Shown piece by piece: positions 8,768 to 17,306 of a DNA stretch of 64,000 bases (the first letter of the stretch is position 1; every line of letters starts with the position of its first letter). The notes under the pieces are model-generated. The model was not told where the DNA came from. It worked only from the letters and a program-made list of their open reading frames with translations, and did not search any database. Where the stretch lies: positions 5,522 to 69,521 of the forward strand of contig NDWU01000003.1 in the NCBI GenBank assembly GCA_003056285.1. The letters are read 5' to 3'. This DNA is from Candidatus Terraquivivens tikiterensis (lineage in GTDB: Archaea > Thermoproteota > Nitrososphaeria_A > Caldarchaeales > Wolframiiraptoraceae). Position numbers and translations under genes: made by a program.

Positions 8768-9976
8768 CTAACGAAACTGTAGAGCGGTCTGTAGAACGTT
8801 AAAACTAAAGGTAATAGGTAAGCGTTCTTTAAGTCCGACAACGTTTCGAGCACGGAAAAGGCGCTCAAAAGCGTGTGAAGCTCTACTGCGAAATAAAACA
8901 ACATAAGCAACAATCCAAAAAACCAGAAAGTTTTGCACATGCATAAAGTATGCGAACCAAGCCGGCCTGATGAATATTGCCAGCATATCCATCAAAACCA
9001 TATCGGGCGCACCAAGGATGCCGGGCGTTCCGAACGTTCTCCTGAAGAAGATGTTCCTATGCCTTATCAAGACCCTGATCTGGCTCCTGTGCCACCTCTC
9101 CCTTTGCCTGAACCATGAGGCCCAGCTTTCTGGAACGTCTGTGAATGCATAACAATCCGGTATGAAGACAACCCTACCCTTTATCTTGTGGACCTTCAGC
9201 GTAAGGTCGAAATCCTCGCCGAGGAATGGGTCGAAACCCCCGATACGCTCTAAGACGTTCTTTCTTACGACGGACATCGCACCCGGTATTATGAGTAATG
9301 TTCTGAAGAGCGCCTGTAGCCTCCTTCCTATGTCGAACGCTATCACGTACTCATACGACTGCAGCCTTGTTAGTAGGTTCTTGTTCTCGTTGATTACCCT
9401 CAGGTTCCCGCTCGCAGCCAGTATATTTGGGTTGGAGAAGTACGCAGCGATTTTATTGATGGCATCCCTGGAGATCATCGTGTCCGCATCGACAGTTACC
9501 ACGACCTCGCCTTTTGCGAAGCTTAGGCCATAGTTCAAAGCGTACGCCTTGATTCCGCCCTTAGGTCTTGATAGAAGCTTTACCCGTTCCTTAAACCTTG
9601 ATGCGGCAGCGTACGTACCATCCGTTGAACCGTCGTCTACGACTATAACCTCTTTGAACTTGTAGTCGTTTTCGAGTACGGACGCAATGCGTGCGGCTAT
9701 CGTCTTCTCCTCGTTGTGGGCCGGTATTATGATGCTGATTATAGGCGTGTAGGTAGGTCTTGGGGGCTTTCTTAGGAGCTCATGGACCGGTAAAATCACG
9801 GCCTTACCGATAGCCCTGCTGTAGTCCAAGAGAAAGGCCGGAAGGAACATCAGGACGAGGCCCCAGGCACCGATGTTAAAATAGCCGGCTAGGAAAAATA
9901 TGGCATAAAGCATCGTGGGTATTAGAGCGAGGTTTAATCCAAATGCAAGGAGGTTAAGCAGGCTAACCATGACCAT
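8768..9976 (-). CDS. membrane-bound family 2 glycosyltransferase (processive, cellulose/chitin/PNAG-synthase-like)
   Basis: N-terminal TM helices, IIIPAHNEE, VVDDGSTDGT, VDADT, and the RQRERWHRS (QxxRW) motif followed by C-terminal TM helices. Confidence 0.85.
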   Translation of the reverse strand: MVMVSLLNLLAFGLNLALIPTMLYAIFFLAGYFNIGAWGLVLMFLPAFLLDYSRAIGKAVILPVHELLRKPPRPTYTPIISIIIPAHNEEKTIAARIASVLENDYKFKEVIVVDDGSTDGTYAAASRFKERVKLLSRPKGGIKAYALNYGLSFAKGEVVVTVDADTMISRDAINKIAAYFSNPNILAASGNLRVINENKNLLTRLQSYEYVIAFDIGRRLQALFRTLLIIPGAMSVVRKNVLERIGGFDPFLGEDFDLTLKVHKIKGRVVFIPDCYAFTDVPESWASWFRQRERWHRSQIRVLIRHRNIFFRRTFGTPGILGAPDMVLMDMLAIFIRPAWFAYFMHVQNFLVFWIVAYVVLFRSRASHAFERLFRARNVVGLKERLPITFSFNVLQTALQFR

Positions 9977-10341
9977 TCGATTTACGATATAGCTTGTTTT
10001 AGTTTTTTATTTTTATGTTTTTGGTTCATGTATATAAAATGCTCCCAGAAAATTGGAGCTTCATCCCTTGGTGGATGGCAAAGCTTAGATATCCTTGAAC
10101 GCTGCCCGCCTGATGAGGCTTGATGTTCTATGAGGCCTAAAGGCCGAGTAAAATCCATTGGCTGTGGACAAAGGTTCCACGGTGAATATAGGAGTAGCGG
10201 TGCCCATGAACGGCAAACGGATTGTAGGCGTGAGGCCTACCTTGAAGGTCTTAACCTAGGCTTTATCCGTTGAATGATCGTAGCACAAAGCGAGAAATTC
10301 AGAACGTTTAAGTGTTTGTATATGGTAGTTTAGAGCGTTAA

Positions 10342-10573
10342 GCTTGCTGCGGGCTTCAACTGGAAAGAGAAATCCTCCGCATTTTTGAGTCGTATAGGGA
10401 GTTCGTAGATGAGCTTCTGAGCTATGCTCATAGCGATGGCATCGCTCCTTCGGAGGGTTAAATCCGAAAGTTACCAAGAATTAAGAGCGATGTATCCAGG
10501 TCTCCCATCACAATACGTCTACAAGGCCTACCGGATACAGGTCGGCTAACTTCCAGAAGTCGGAGAGGACGCG
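10342..10573 (+). pseudogene. TnpB (IS200/IS605 OrfB) N-terminal fragment, frameshifted and truncated
   Basis: Two frames read LEREILRIFESYREFVDELLSYAHSDG.. and ..SYQELRAMYPGLPSQYVYKAYR.., matching the N-terminal region of archaeal OrfB proteins. It is cut off where pheS ends. Confidence 0.4.
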
Positions 10574-12136
10574 TCACAGCCTTCCACTCTTCAGGTCCAC
10601 GTAAACTCTAGCCATGCCCCTTATCCAGTTAAGGTCGTTGGCGTATAGCGTTCTTATGTCATCAAGCCCGAAGAGCGCCATCGCCAACCTCTCTAGCCCA
10701 CCGCCCCATGCCAGCACAGGGTGCTTGACGCCCAGCGGAGCCGTAACCTCTGGCCTGAACATGCCCATGCCAAAGAGCTCGAGCCACTCGCGCTTCTCGG
10801 GCATGTAGACGATAACTTCCGCGGAGGGTTCTGTGTAGGGGAAGTAGGATGGCCTGAACGTTATCTCCTTAAGGCTTATTCTGCTACAGAACTCCTTTAT
10901 GAGGCCCATCAGCTCCCTGAAATTACACCTTTCATCCATTATTATCCCCTCTACCTGGTGGAACTCTGCTAGGTGCTTCCAGTCTACCTTTTCGTTCCTG
11001 TATATCCTGTCGACCGAGAATACCTTTACGGGCGGTTCGCGGTGGTATGCGAGGTGCCTTATCGTCGTGGCGGTCGTATGCGTCCTGAGTACCAGCTTGC
11101 TGGCTTCGTGTTCACTCCACTTGTACCTCCACCCTTTGGATCCGGTGTCGCCGCCAAACTCATGCGACCGCTTTACCGGCTCGATAAGCCCCTCTGGAAG
11201 CTTTCCGGTACTTGGATACGCCAAGTAAAAGGTATCGTGCATCTCTCTAGCCGGATGGTCCTGAGGCTGGAATAGGGCATCGAAGTTCCAGAACGCGAGC
11301 TCGACGAGCGGCCCCTTAATCTCCTCGAAGCCCAGCTCCACAAAAGCATCCTTTATCAGCCTGATTAGCGTTACGAGTGGATGCCGCTTTGCGGCAAAGA
11401 TCGGCTTTGTGGGCGCATGAACGTCGAAGGGGCTTAGCTCAAAATCGCGCCACCTACCTGTTATCAAAAGCTCGGGCGTCAGCTTAGTGATCGTGTGCTG
11501 CCCCACCTCCAGCTCTTCCAGCGGTATGCTGCGGGCTAACTCCGTCGGGACCATGATGTGCTTCCTGTCCTCGTACAACTCTACTACCTTTGGCCTGCCG
11601 GAAAGCTCAAGGCATGCTTCCAAAAGCCTCGGCGATAGGTCCTCAACCCTTAAGTCGCCCTTTCCAAGCTGCTCCAGCAGCTCCTCCTCGGCTGTAACGT
11701 CTGGTACGTCGGCTACGATTCTAACAACTTTGGAACCGTTGCCGCCTTCGACCGCTATCCAACCCTTCTTCTTCGCCCACATTATGGCTACAGCCAGCTC
11801 GCCTTTCAAGGACTGTTCCTTCTCAAGCTCATCCATGCTCGCAAGACCTCCCAACCTTCTCAGGACACAAACCAGCCTCCTTTCTGGAAGGCCGTTCTTC
11901 AGGTAATCCCTCCCGACAGCCCCTATCCTCGCTACCTTAACCGAAACCTCTTCTATCTCGACCAGGCCTTTCTCCTTAAGCCAGAGCGATGCCTTCGCCA
12001 CGGCGCCCTCGTCCCTCGATATCGCGCTCGCGACCTCGCCGTACTCCATAGGCCTACCGCTATCTATCAAAGCCCGAAGTATGAGCTTCTCGAGCCAATG
12101 GAGCCTCGGCCTGAGCATCCCTATCCTGTCCGTCAA
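10574..12136 (-). CDS. pheS: phenylalanyl-tRNA synthetase alpha subunit (archaeal)
   Basis: 520 aa. N-terminal winged-helix repeats plus class II core (FQPQDHPAREMHDTFY, LRTHTT, GFGMG-like GMGMFRPEV, AWGGGLERL). Confidence 0.9.
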   Translation of the reverse strand: MTDRIGMLRPRLHWLEKLILRALIDSGRPMEYGEVASAISRDEGAVAKASLWLKEKGLVEIEEVSVKVARIGAVGRDYLKNGLPERRLVCVLRRLGGLASMDELEKEQSLKGELAVAIMWAKKKGWIAVEGGNGSKVVRIVADVPDVTAEEELLEQLGKGDLRVEDLSPRLLEACLELSGRPKVVELYEDRKHIMVPTELARSIPLEELEVGQHTITKLTPELLITGRWRDFELSPFDVHAPTKPIFAAKRHPLVTLIRLIKDAFVELGFEEIKGPLVELAFWNFDALFQPQDHPAREMHDTFYLAYPSTGKLPEGLIEPVKRSHEFGGDTGSKGWRYKWSEHEASKLVLRTHTTATTIRHLAYHREPPVKVFSVDRIYRNEKVDWKHLAEFHQVEGIIMDERCNFRELMGLIKEFCSRISLKEITFRPSYFPYTEPSAEVIVYMPEKREWLELFGMGMFRPEVTAPLGVKHPVLAWGGGLERLAMALFGLDDIRTLYANDLNWIRGMARVYVDLKSGRL

Positions 12137-12211
12137 ACTACTATAAAAAAGGTATTTTGTTATACTTCAAACATAAGGAATATATGCAGCTATGGGCCTA
12201 AGATAATATCC

Positions 12212-12505
12212 ATGATAGATTACACTGTATTAATACTGAATATCATCCTGTTCGCCGTAGGCTTCCTCGTAGGCTTCGGCGTCGCTAAGGTTTTAAAGGG
12301 GATGATCCTAATAGTAGTTGCTATCCTCATACTGGGCATCGTCGGGATAACGATAGCGAGCTTTGTTTTGCCAACCTACGGGGAGCTATTTCGTGTTGCA
12401 ACGTCCTTTAAGGATGTTTTGAAGAGCTTTATCGGCATCCTAAAAACTTATCCCGTTTTGGCAGCTGGCCTTCTCACGGGTCTACTCGTAGGCATAGTTA
12501 AATGA
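12212..12505 (+). CDS. small integral membrane protein
   Basis: ATG at 12212 gives 97 aa with three hydrophobic helices (MIDYTVLILNIILFAVGFLVGFGVA...). The upstream part of the tracked ORF overlaps pheS and looks non-coding. Confidence 0.5.
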   Translation: MIDYTVLILNIILFAVGFLVGFGVAKVLKGMILIVVAILILGIVGITIASFVLPTYGELFRVATSFKDVLKSFIGILKTYPVLAAGLLTGLLVGIVK

Positions 12506-12529
12506 TGGAAGACGGCTTTAGGGTTTATA

Positions 12530-13108
12530 GTGCAGTACATCAGGAAAGACGGGTTGGGCATGGGTCCGGAAGAGGTGCCTCCAAAACTTGAGCTTCGCTT
12601 CGACGGTGAGAAGATTTACGCAGAGGTATCGGAGCGTTCTTTAGCGTTACTATCGAAGGGTTATGGCCAGCTAGACAAGGAGAGCGGAATAATCGTTTAC
12701 AATGCCGTTGAGGCCCTCTACCTGCTAGAGAACAAGATGGCGTCAGTCTTATCGGGGAGCTCAAACATGACGTTCAACGAGCTCCTCCGCGCCCTTGAGG
12801 GCAAAAGCGAGACGCTGTGGAGGGATTACGTAATCTACAGGGACCTAAGGAACAGGCGCTACACTGTCAAGGAGGGATTTAGCCGAGAACTTACGTTCAG
12901 GGTGTTCGAGAGGGGAGAGTTCCAAAAAGAGGCGGCTAAGTACCTGATAGCTCCCTTGAGCGAGGGTAAGAGCGTTAAGCTCAGCAAGATCAAGCATTTG
13001 CTGTCCATCTGCAGGAGCCTCAAGAAGGACATGGTCATTTCCGTCGTGGACAGGAGAAACGAGGTCGTTTACTATCTGGCCAGCCAGGTTGACCTGAAGA
13101 ATGTCTAA
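12530..13108 (+). CDS. endA: tRNA-splicing endonuclease subunit, probably the non-catalytic (structural) subunit
   Basis: EndA fold signature YRDLRNRRYTVKEGF..FRVFERG. The catalytic Tyr and His positions read F (FRVF) and A (EAAKYLI). The start may be the internal MGPEE. Confidence 0.7.
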   Translation: MQYIRKDGLGMGPEEVPPKLELRFDGEKIYAEVSERSLALLSKGYGQLDKESGIIVYNAVEALYLLENKMASVLSGSSNMTFNELLRALEGKSETLWRDYVIYRDLRNRRYTVKEGFSRELTFRVFERGEFQKEAAKYLIAPLSEGKSVKLSKIKHLLSICRSLKKDMVISVVDRRNEVVYYLASQVDLKNV

Positions 13109-13964
13109 AGAGACTAGAATCAAGAAAGCCGTGGCATACGTTAAGCTTACCAGGCCCCAAAACGGAATGATGATGTTCATAGCGGTACTGGTAGGCGTGC
13201 TTTTCTCCGAGAGCAGGTCCTTAACGGCATACCAAGCACCTCTGGCCTTTGTAACTGCGTTCTCCCTCAACGGAAGTTCCATGACGGTAAACGATTACTT
13301 CGACAGGCATGTTGACGCAATAAACTCGCCAAACAGACCGATACCATCCGGCGTTGTATCGCCGAGAGGCGCTATCGTTTTCGCCACAGCATTAGGGGCT
13401 GTTGGCCTGGCGGCCGCTGCGTTTACCTCGTACGTCTGCTTAGCGTTTGCCCTACTAGCATACGCTTCCGCCATGCTTTACAACTCGACCGTTAAGGTGA
13501 GCGGTTTGCCCGGGAACCTGCTGGTGAGTTTCAACGTAATAGCACCCTTTGTCTACGGCTCTCTTCTGAGCGACGGGACGGTAGGGGCAAGGGTACTTAT
13601 GTTCGCGCTGCTCGCTTTCTTGGCAAACACGGGAAGGGAGGTAATCAAGGGGATATCGGACGTCGAGGGCGACGCGCTCAGGGGCGTTAGGTCAGTAGCC
13701 AGGAGGATGGGCGAGAAGAAGGCGGCGATGCTCGGCGCGGCCCTTTATGCTTCAGCCGTCTGTCTGAGTCCCTTGCCTTATATCTTAGGTTACGTATCGT
13801 TCTGGTACTTGCCAGCCGTTCTTGTATGCGATGCTGGGTTCATATACTCATCGGCTTCTATAGTAAGGTCACCCAGTAAGGAGAACGCCATAAGGGTAAA
13901 GAACCACTCCCTACTGTGGATGCTCATAGCTCTGCTTTCGTTCATAGCCGGAGGCTTAGCATGA
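13101..13964 (+). CDS. UbiA-family prenyltransferase, digeranylgeranylglyceryl phosphate synthase-like
   Basis: NDYFDRHVDAINSPNRPIPSG and GREVIKGISDVEGD Asp-rich motifs; 8-9 TM helices. Confidence 0.8.
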   Translation: MSKETRIKKAVAYVKLTRPQNGMMMFIAVLVGVLFSESRSLTAYQAPLAFVTAFSLNGSSMTVNDYFDRHVDAINSPNRPIPSGVVSPRGAIVFATALGAVGLAAAAFTSYVCLAFALLAYASAMLYNSTVKVSGLPGNLLVSFNVIAPFVYGSLLSDGTVGARVLMFALLAFLANTGREVIKGISDVEGDALRGVRSVARRMGEKKAAMLGAALYASAVCLSPLPYILGYVSFWYLPAVLVCDAGFIYSSASIVRSPSKENAIRVKNHSLLWMLIALLSFIAGGLA

Positions 13965-14001
13965 AAACCCTTAATTTAACCCGTGAAATTCCGATAAGAG
14001 G

Positions 14002-14104
14002 GCGGGGGTTGCCAAGCCTGGTCAACGGCGCAGGGCTTAGGTTCCGTAGAGGATGGGATACCCTGTCCCGTAGGGGTTCGTGGGTTCAAATCCCACCCCC
14101 CGCA
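14002..14104 (+). tRNA. tRNA-Leu(TAG) with an 18-nt intron after position 37
   Basis: Acceptor GCGGGGG/CCCCCGC, D arm GCC-AAGCCTGGTCAAC-GGC, anticodon stem CAGGG/CCCTG with loop CTTAGG[TTCCGTAGAGGATGGGAT]A, long variable arm TCCCGTAGGGGTTC, T arm GTGGG-TTCAAAT-CCCAC, discriminator A. Intron about 14042-14059. Confidence 0.9.
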
Positions 14105-14129
14105 TTAATTTAATAGTAATTGATGTAGC

Positions 14130-14279
14130 ATGATTGAGCCCGATGAGGACTGGAGAAAGAAGGTGGAGACGAAGAAAAATAGGGTGTGGGAAGGTATAGT
14201 AAAACTTCTCTCAGAAGAGGAAGCAAATATCATCCTAGAAGGGTCTAAGAGGTTTAGAAGGGAGTTCAAAATCAGATAA
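14130..14279 (+). CDS. small ORF resembling the C-terminal half of archaeal antitoxin-like proteins
   Basis: 49 aa MIEPDEDWRKKVETKKNRVWEGIVKLLSEEEANIILEGSKRFRREFKIR. The W..G.LSEEEA...I pattern recalls small VapB-like antitoxins. No partner toxin ORF is present. Confidence 0.3.
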   Translation: MIEPDEDWRKKVETKKNRVWEGIVKLLSEEEANIILEGSKRFRREFKIR

Positions 14280-14925
14280 GTGTGCGTCGCAATTGTATAC
14301 GGATATTGTGGTGTGTATGGTTTGACTTTTAAGATGACTCTCTGCTGCGTAAAGCCTTTTTCTTACACCTTATTCCTTGTTAGATCGTGAGATCCTCCTT
14401 ATCATCAATGCCTCCTGAGGGTATGGACAAATTCGTTTGCAGCAGAAAGGTTCCGATTTATCCGAGATGAACAACCTGATTTTGGATATCCAGGCCGCAT
14501 ACAAGCGGACGACAGGCATCGTTAGGGACTTGTTCTATCGAAAGAGGACAAAAGTCGGGGTAGGAACCTAGCGATGTTTGCATACGCGCACAATAGCGTA
14601 CGGATTGTTTGGTTTTGCAGACCTAAATCTGCAGCATCGCTAGCCTCGTGGAGGGGCTTGGCTGATGATAGTACAACCGTACCTCCCTCATAACTTCACG
14701 AGAAAAGGATGACCAAAAAGCGTTCTCTAGCTGGCAAGCTTTCCGTAGAATAAGATACTCTATGGAGGGTCATCTACCAGATGCTATGGTCAGCCTGCCC
14801 GTCGAGTATCACGAATCAACTCGGACGTTGCTCATCATCCCATATCTTCTCGGATTGTAGAATTATATAAATCCACTTACCAACAAAATCAGCAAAAATA
14901 AAAAAAGTAAAGTTTTATGCTTTCT

Positions 14926-15411
14926 CTAAGGCTTCGTTATCGTCGTTTTTGTCAAAATCGTTATCCCCGTTACTTTAGCGTTTTCCAAGTCAACCTTCAC
15001 TATCGCCCTCGCCGAATCCTTGCTTAGCGTTAAGATGGCGCCAGTTGCCTTCATCGTGACGCTACCGTCCTCCCCTACCACGGCTTTCACTACTGGCCTT
15101 ACACCTGTGACGCTATACCCGTCGTTTAGTAGGCTCTGTACGTCTTTGTCGCTCTTAGCTATATCGAGGACCTTGTTCTTGAACGCCTCGCTGACCTCTA
15201 AGAGTCCAAAGCACCCCCGCCCATGCGCCATCCAACGCGGCCAACCGTTCGGCACGGTCTCAGCGTTTCCGTTACCCCATGGAGGAAGGACGTTCTGATT
15301 TCCTTTCCAGTTGCTAGATTGGGAGGCGCTAACCGCAGGGTATACCGCCATCATTGCGACCGCTAAGGCGACTATGCTCAGCGAAGCGATTAGCATCTTT
15401 TTTCTATCCAT
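14926..15411 (-). CDS. secreted or membrane-anchored hypothetical protein
   Basis: N-terminal signal/anchor MDRKKMLIASLSIVALAVAMMAVYPAVSA, then a beta-rich domain. No recognisable catalytic motif. Confidence 0.6.
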   Translation of the reverse strand: MDRKKMLIASLSIVALAVAMMAVYPAVSASQSSNWKGNQNVLPPWGNGNAETVPNGWPRWMAHGRGCFGLLEVSEAFKNKVLDIAKSDKDVQSLLNDGYSVTGVRPVVKAVVGEDGSVTMKATGAILTLSKDSARAIVKVDLENAKVTGITILTKTTITKP

Positions 15412-15556
15412 CTTTTTACCTCCGTTTTACATAACCAGCGTACCGTTTGGATTAAAGCGTTTTTCAAAATTGATCCCAACTCTTTTCCAAATTCAGAAAA
15501 GGAGACATCTTTATAATCGAGGAGGGGAAGCTTTAGCCAAAGATGGAGCCGCATAA

Positions 15557-15859
15557 ATGTCAGAAAGCACGCATCCTTTGAAGTACTTGCTCGGATGGTT
15601 AATCGCGGGGACGAGGGGCGGCCCGACGAGGGCGAAGATACTGATGGCGCTAAAAGAGGCGCCGCAGAACGCCAACCAGTTAGCGAACAGGCTCAAACTA
15701 GACTACAGGACTGTAAGGCATCACCTTGAGGTGCTTGAGAAGAACAACTTGGTGGTCTCCGCGGGAGAAGGTTACGGTACCACGTATTTCCTCTCTCAGA
15801 TCATGGAGGAGAATTACGCGTTGTTCGAGGAAATCGTGAAGAAAATTTGGAAAAAGTAG
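15557..15859 (+). CDS. ArsR-family winged-helix transcriptional regulator
   Basis: PTRAKILMALKEAPQNANQLANRLKLDYRTVRHHLEVLEKNNLV is a classic ArsR/SmtB HTH. Confidence 0.8.
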   Translation: MSESTHPLKYLLGWLIAGTRGGPTRAKILMALKEAPQNANQLANRLKLDYRTVRHHLEVLEKNNLVVSAGEGYGTTYFLSQIMEENYALFEEIVKKIWKK

Positions 15860-15888
15860 AAAAGGGGGCGATACAGACGAATAGCAAA

Positions 15889-16326
15889 ATGAGCCAAGGA
15901 CCGAAGGCCTGGCTGTTGTTTGCACTCCTGCCGATTCTCATAATAGTGGCGTTTTTGACGGCCATGTGGGCGGTATCTACTTTTTGGTACCTTCACATTG
16001 CATGGCGTCCTAGATACCCGTACGTCATCCCGGGAGACATAGAGTTTTTCTACGTAGCGAAAACCGTTGTTTCAACCATTAACATAGCCCTACTAGTCTG
16101 CCTGCTGACCGTGTACGTTGACATATACAGGAAAACCAGGTCGGAGTTCACCGTCGGGCTGATAATATTTTCAGTAATACTCTTCCTCTATGCCCTTACC
16201 TCCAACCCCGTTGTGATGTGGGCCTTCGGGTTCAGGCCGTTTGGGCTCGGGCCCTTCGCTTTACTTCCAGACCTGTTCACGTTTGCGGCGCTCGTCGTCC
16301 TACTGTACCTCAGCATCAGATATTGA
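15889..16326 (+). CDS. integral membrane protein (4 TM), co-transcribed with the ArsR regulator
   Basis: ATG 15889 is preceded by AAAAGGGGG. Product has four hydrophobic helices. The tracked TTG start at 15847 overlaps the ArsR gene. Confidence 0.6.
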   Translation: MSQGPKAWLLFALLPILIIVAFLTAMWAVSTFWYLHIAWRPRYPYVIPGDIEFFYVAKTVVSTINIALLVCLLTVYVDIYRKTRSEFTVGLIIFSVILFLYALTSNPVVMWAFGFRPFGLGPFALLPDLFTFAALVVLLYLSIRY

Positions 16327-16504
16327 GGAGGAACCTGAGTGGGCTTCAGGTACTTTCCCGAAGCCATTCCGCTAACGTTAAGCACGATAGGCTGCCCAAT
16401 TTTACACGTAAGCTATCCACGGCTTTAGGCCTGTGCTTCCTGCCTCTAAGATGAAGCCTGCACTCTATATAGGATTTTCGCACTTCTCCATCAACCCTAT
16501 TTAC

Positions 16505-16744
16505 CAAATTCGGCGAGAAGGCCCGCATCTTTTATTAGTGGGATGAATCGTCGATAAAAGCCTTGAGCGGGTCGCTCACATGTGGCCTGGACGTCCAAAG
16601 GCCCGAATAAGGCTCCGGGCCGAAAAGGGAGGGGCTCAGGCAGGCGGGCATGGGCTGATTTGGCACAGCCCAGAACTCGGTATGATAAGGGGCTAAGCCC
16701 TGAAGAACCGAGAATCCCACGGCTAAAGTCCGTGGGAGTGTCAA
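16505..16744 (+). mobile_element. IS200/IS605-derived MITE, copy A (240 nt)
   Basis: TTAC|CAAATTCGGCGAGAAGGCCCGC...ATCCCACGGCTAAAGTCCGTGGGAGTGTCAA|G. Termini, both hairpins and internal blocks are shared with copies B, C, D and G. Confidence 0.7.
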
Positions 16745-16846
16745 GAGGGACTGTATAAACCTTATTCGCTCCAATCCAATCCATAAAAGTTGCGGGATTA
16801 AGCGTTGTTGTTATGAAACTGTAAGCATTTTATCCGAAAAGAGTTT

Positions 16847-17041
16847 TTAGGTAGCATTGCGCTGCCATGGAGGCCCTCCGCCCCTTCCTTTTCTTCCTCC
16901 CGGCGGACCCTTGTCTAGCCTGTGAATCATCATGGCCGGTGCCCCGCATCTAGGACAATTAACAGGTTTCGGAGCTCCTTGAGGGATCTCGATCACGTAT
17001 CCGCAGTTGCTGCACTGGAAGCTCTTCGTCGGTAAGCCCAT
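16847..17041 (-). CDS. zinc-ribbon protein with Gly/Pro/Arg-rich tail
   Basis: CSNCGY...CPRCGA ribbon followed by GPPGGRKGRGGGPPWQRN. The ATG directly abuts the TAG of the upstream gene. Confidence 0.6.
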   Translation of the reverse strand: MGLPTKSFQCSNCGYVIEIPQGAPKPVNCPRCGAPAMMIHRLDKGPPGGRKGRGGGPPWQRNAT

Positions 17042-17299
17042 CTAAGGTCCCTGTCTTCCTTTCTCGAGCATGCTCCTCAGCTCCTTTATCCTAGCTTCAA
17101 CCTCTGCTATCTCCTCTTCTATGCTTGCCTTTTCATCCTCCAGCTCTCTCTTGTAGTCCTCGAGGGCTGCCAGCTCATCTTCTAGGGATTGCGGGATCGG
17201 TGGATAAGCGTAAGGAAATGGTGGCGGATACGCATACGGATATAGAGGTGGGTAACCCCACCAACGTTGATATCTTCTACCTCTTCTCGGCCAAGCCAT
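17042..17299 (-). CDS. DUF5320-like small protein: aromatic/Pro-rich N-terminus plus C-terminal coiled coil
   Basis: 85 aa MAWPRRGRRYQRWWGYPPLYPYAYPPPFPYAYPPIP followed by heptad-like EDELAALEDYKRELEDEKASIEEEIAEVEARIKELRSMLEK. GGTGAG sits 8 nt before the ATG, 7 nt after the upstream TGA. Confidence 0.6.
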   Translation of the reverse strand: MAWPRRGRRYQRWWGYPPLYPYAYPPPFPYAYPPIPQSLEDELAALEDYKRELEDEKASIEEEIAEVEARIKELRSMLEKGRQGP

Positions 17300-17306
17300 T
17301 TCTAAC

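Noticed and set aside
8719-8940. 73-aa hydrophobic ORF in an alternative frame over the 3' end of the GT2 gene; considered a frameshifted C-terminus
   Set aside because: The annotated frame already supplies two C-terminal TM helices after QxxRW and ends normally. There is no homopolymer or other evidence for a frameshift.
16497-16784. 95-aa and 79-aa minus-strand ORFs (and 54501-54797 plus-strand ORF) ending in ...LLAEFGK / ...DLDLLAD
   Set aside because: They lie entirely within MITE copies A and C. The shared peptide ending only reflects the conserved element terminus.
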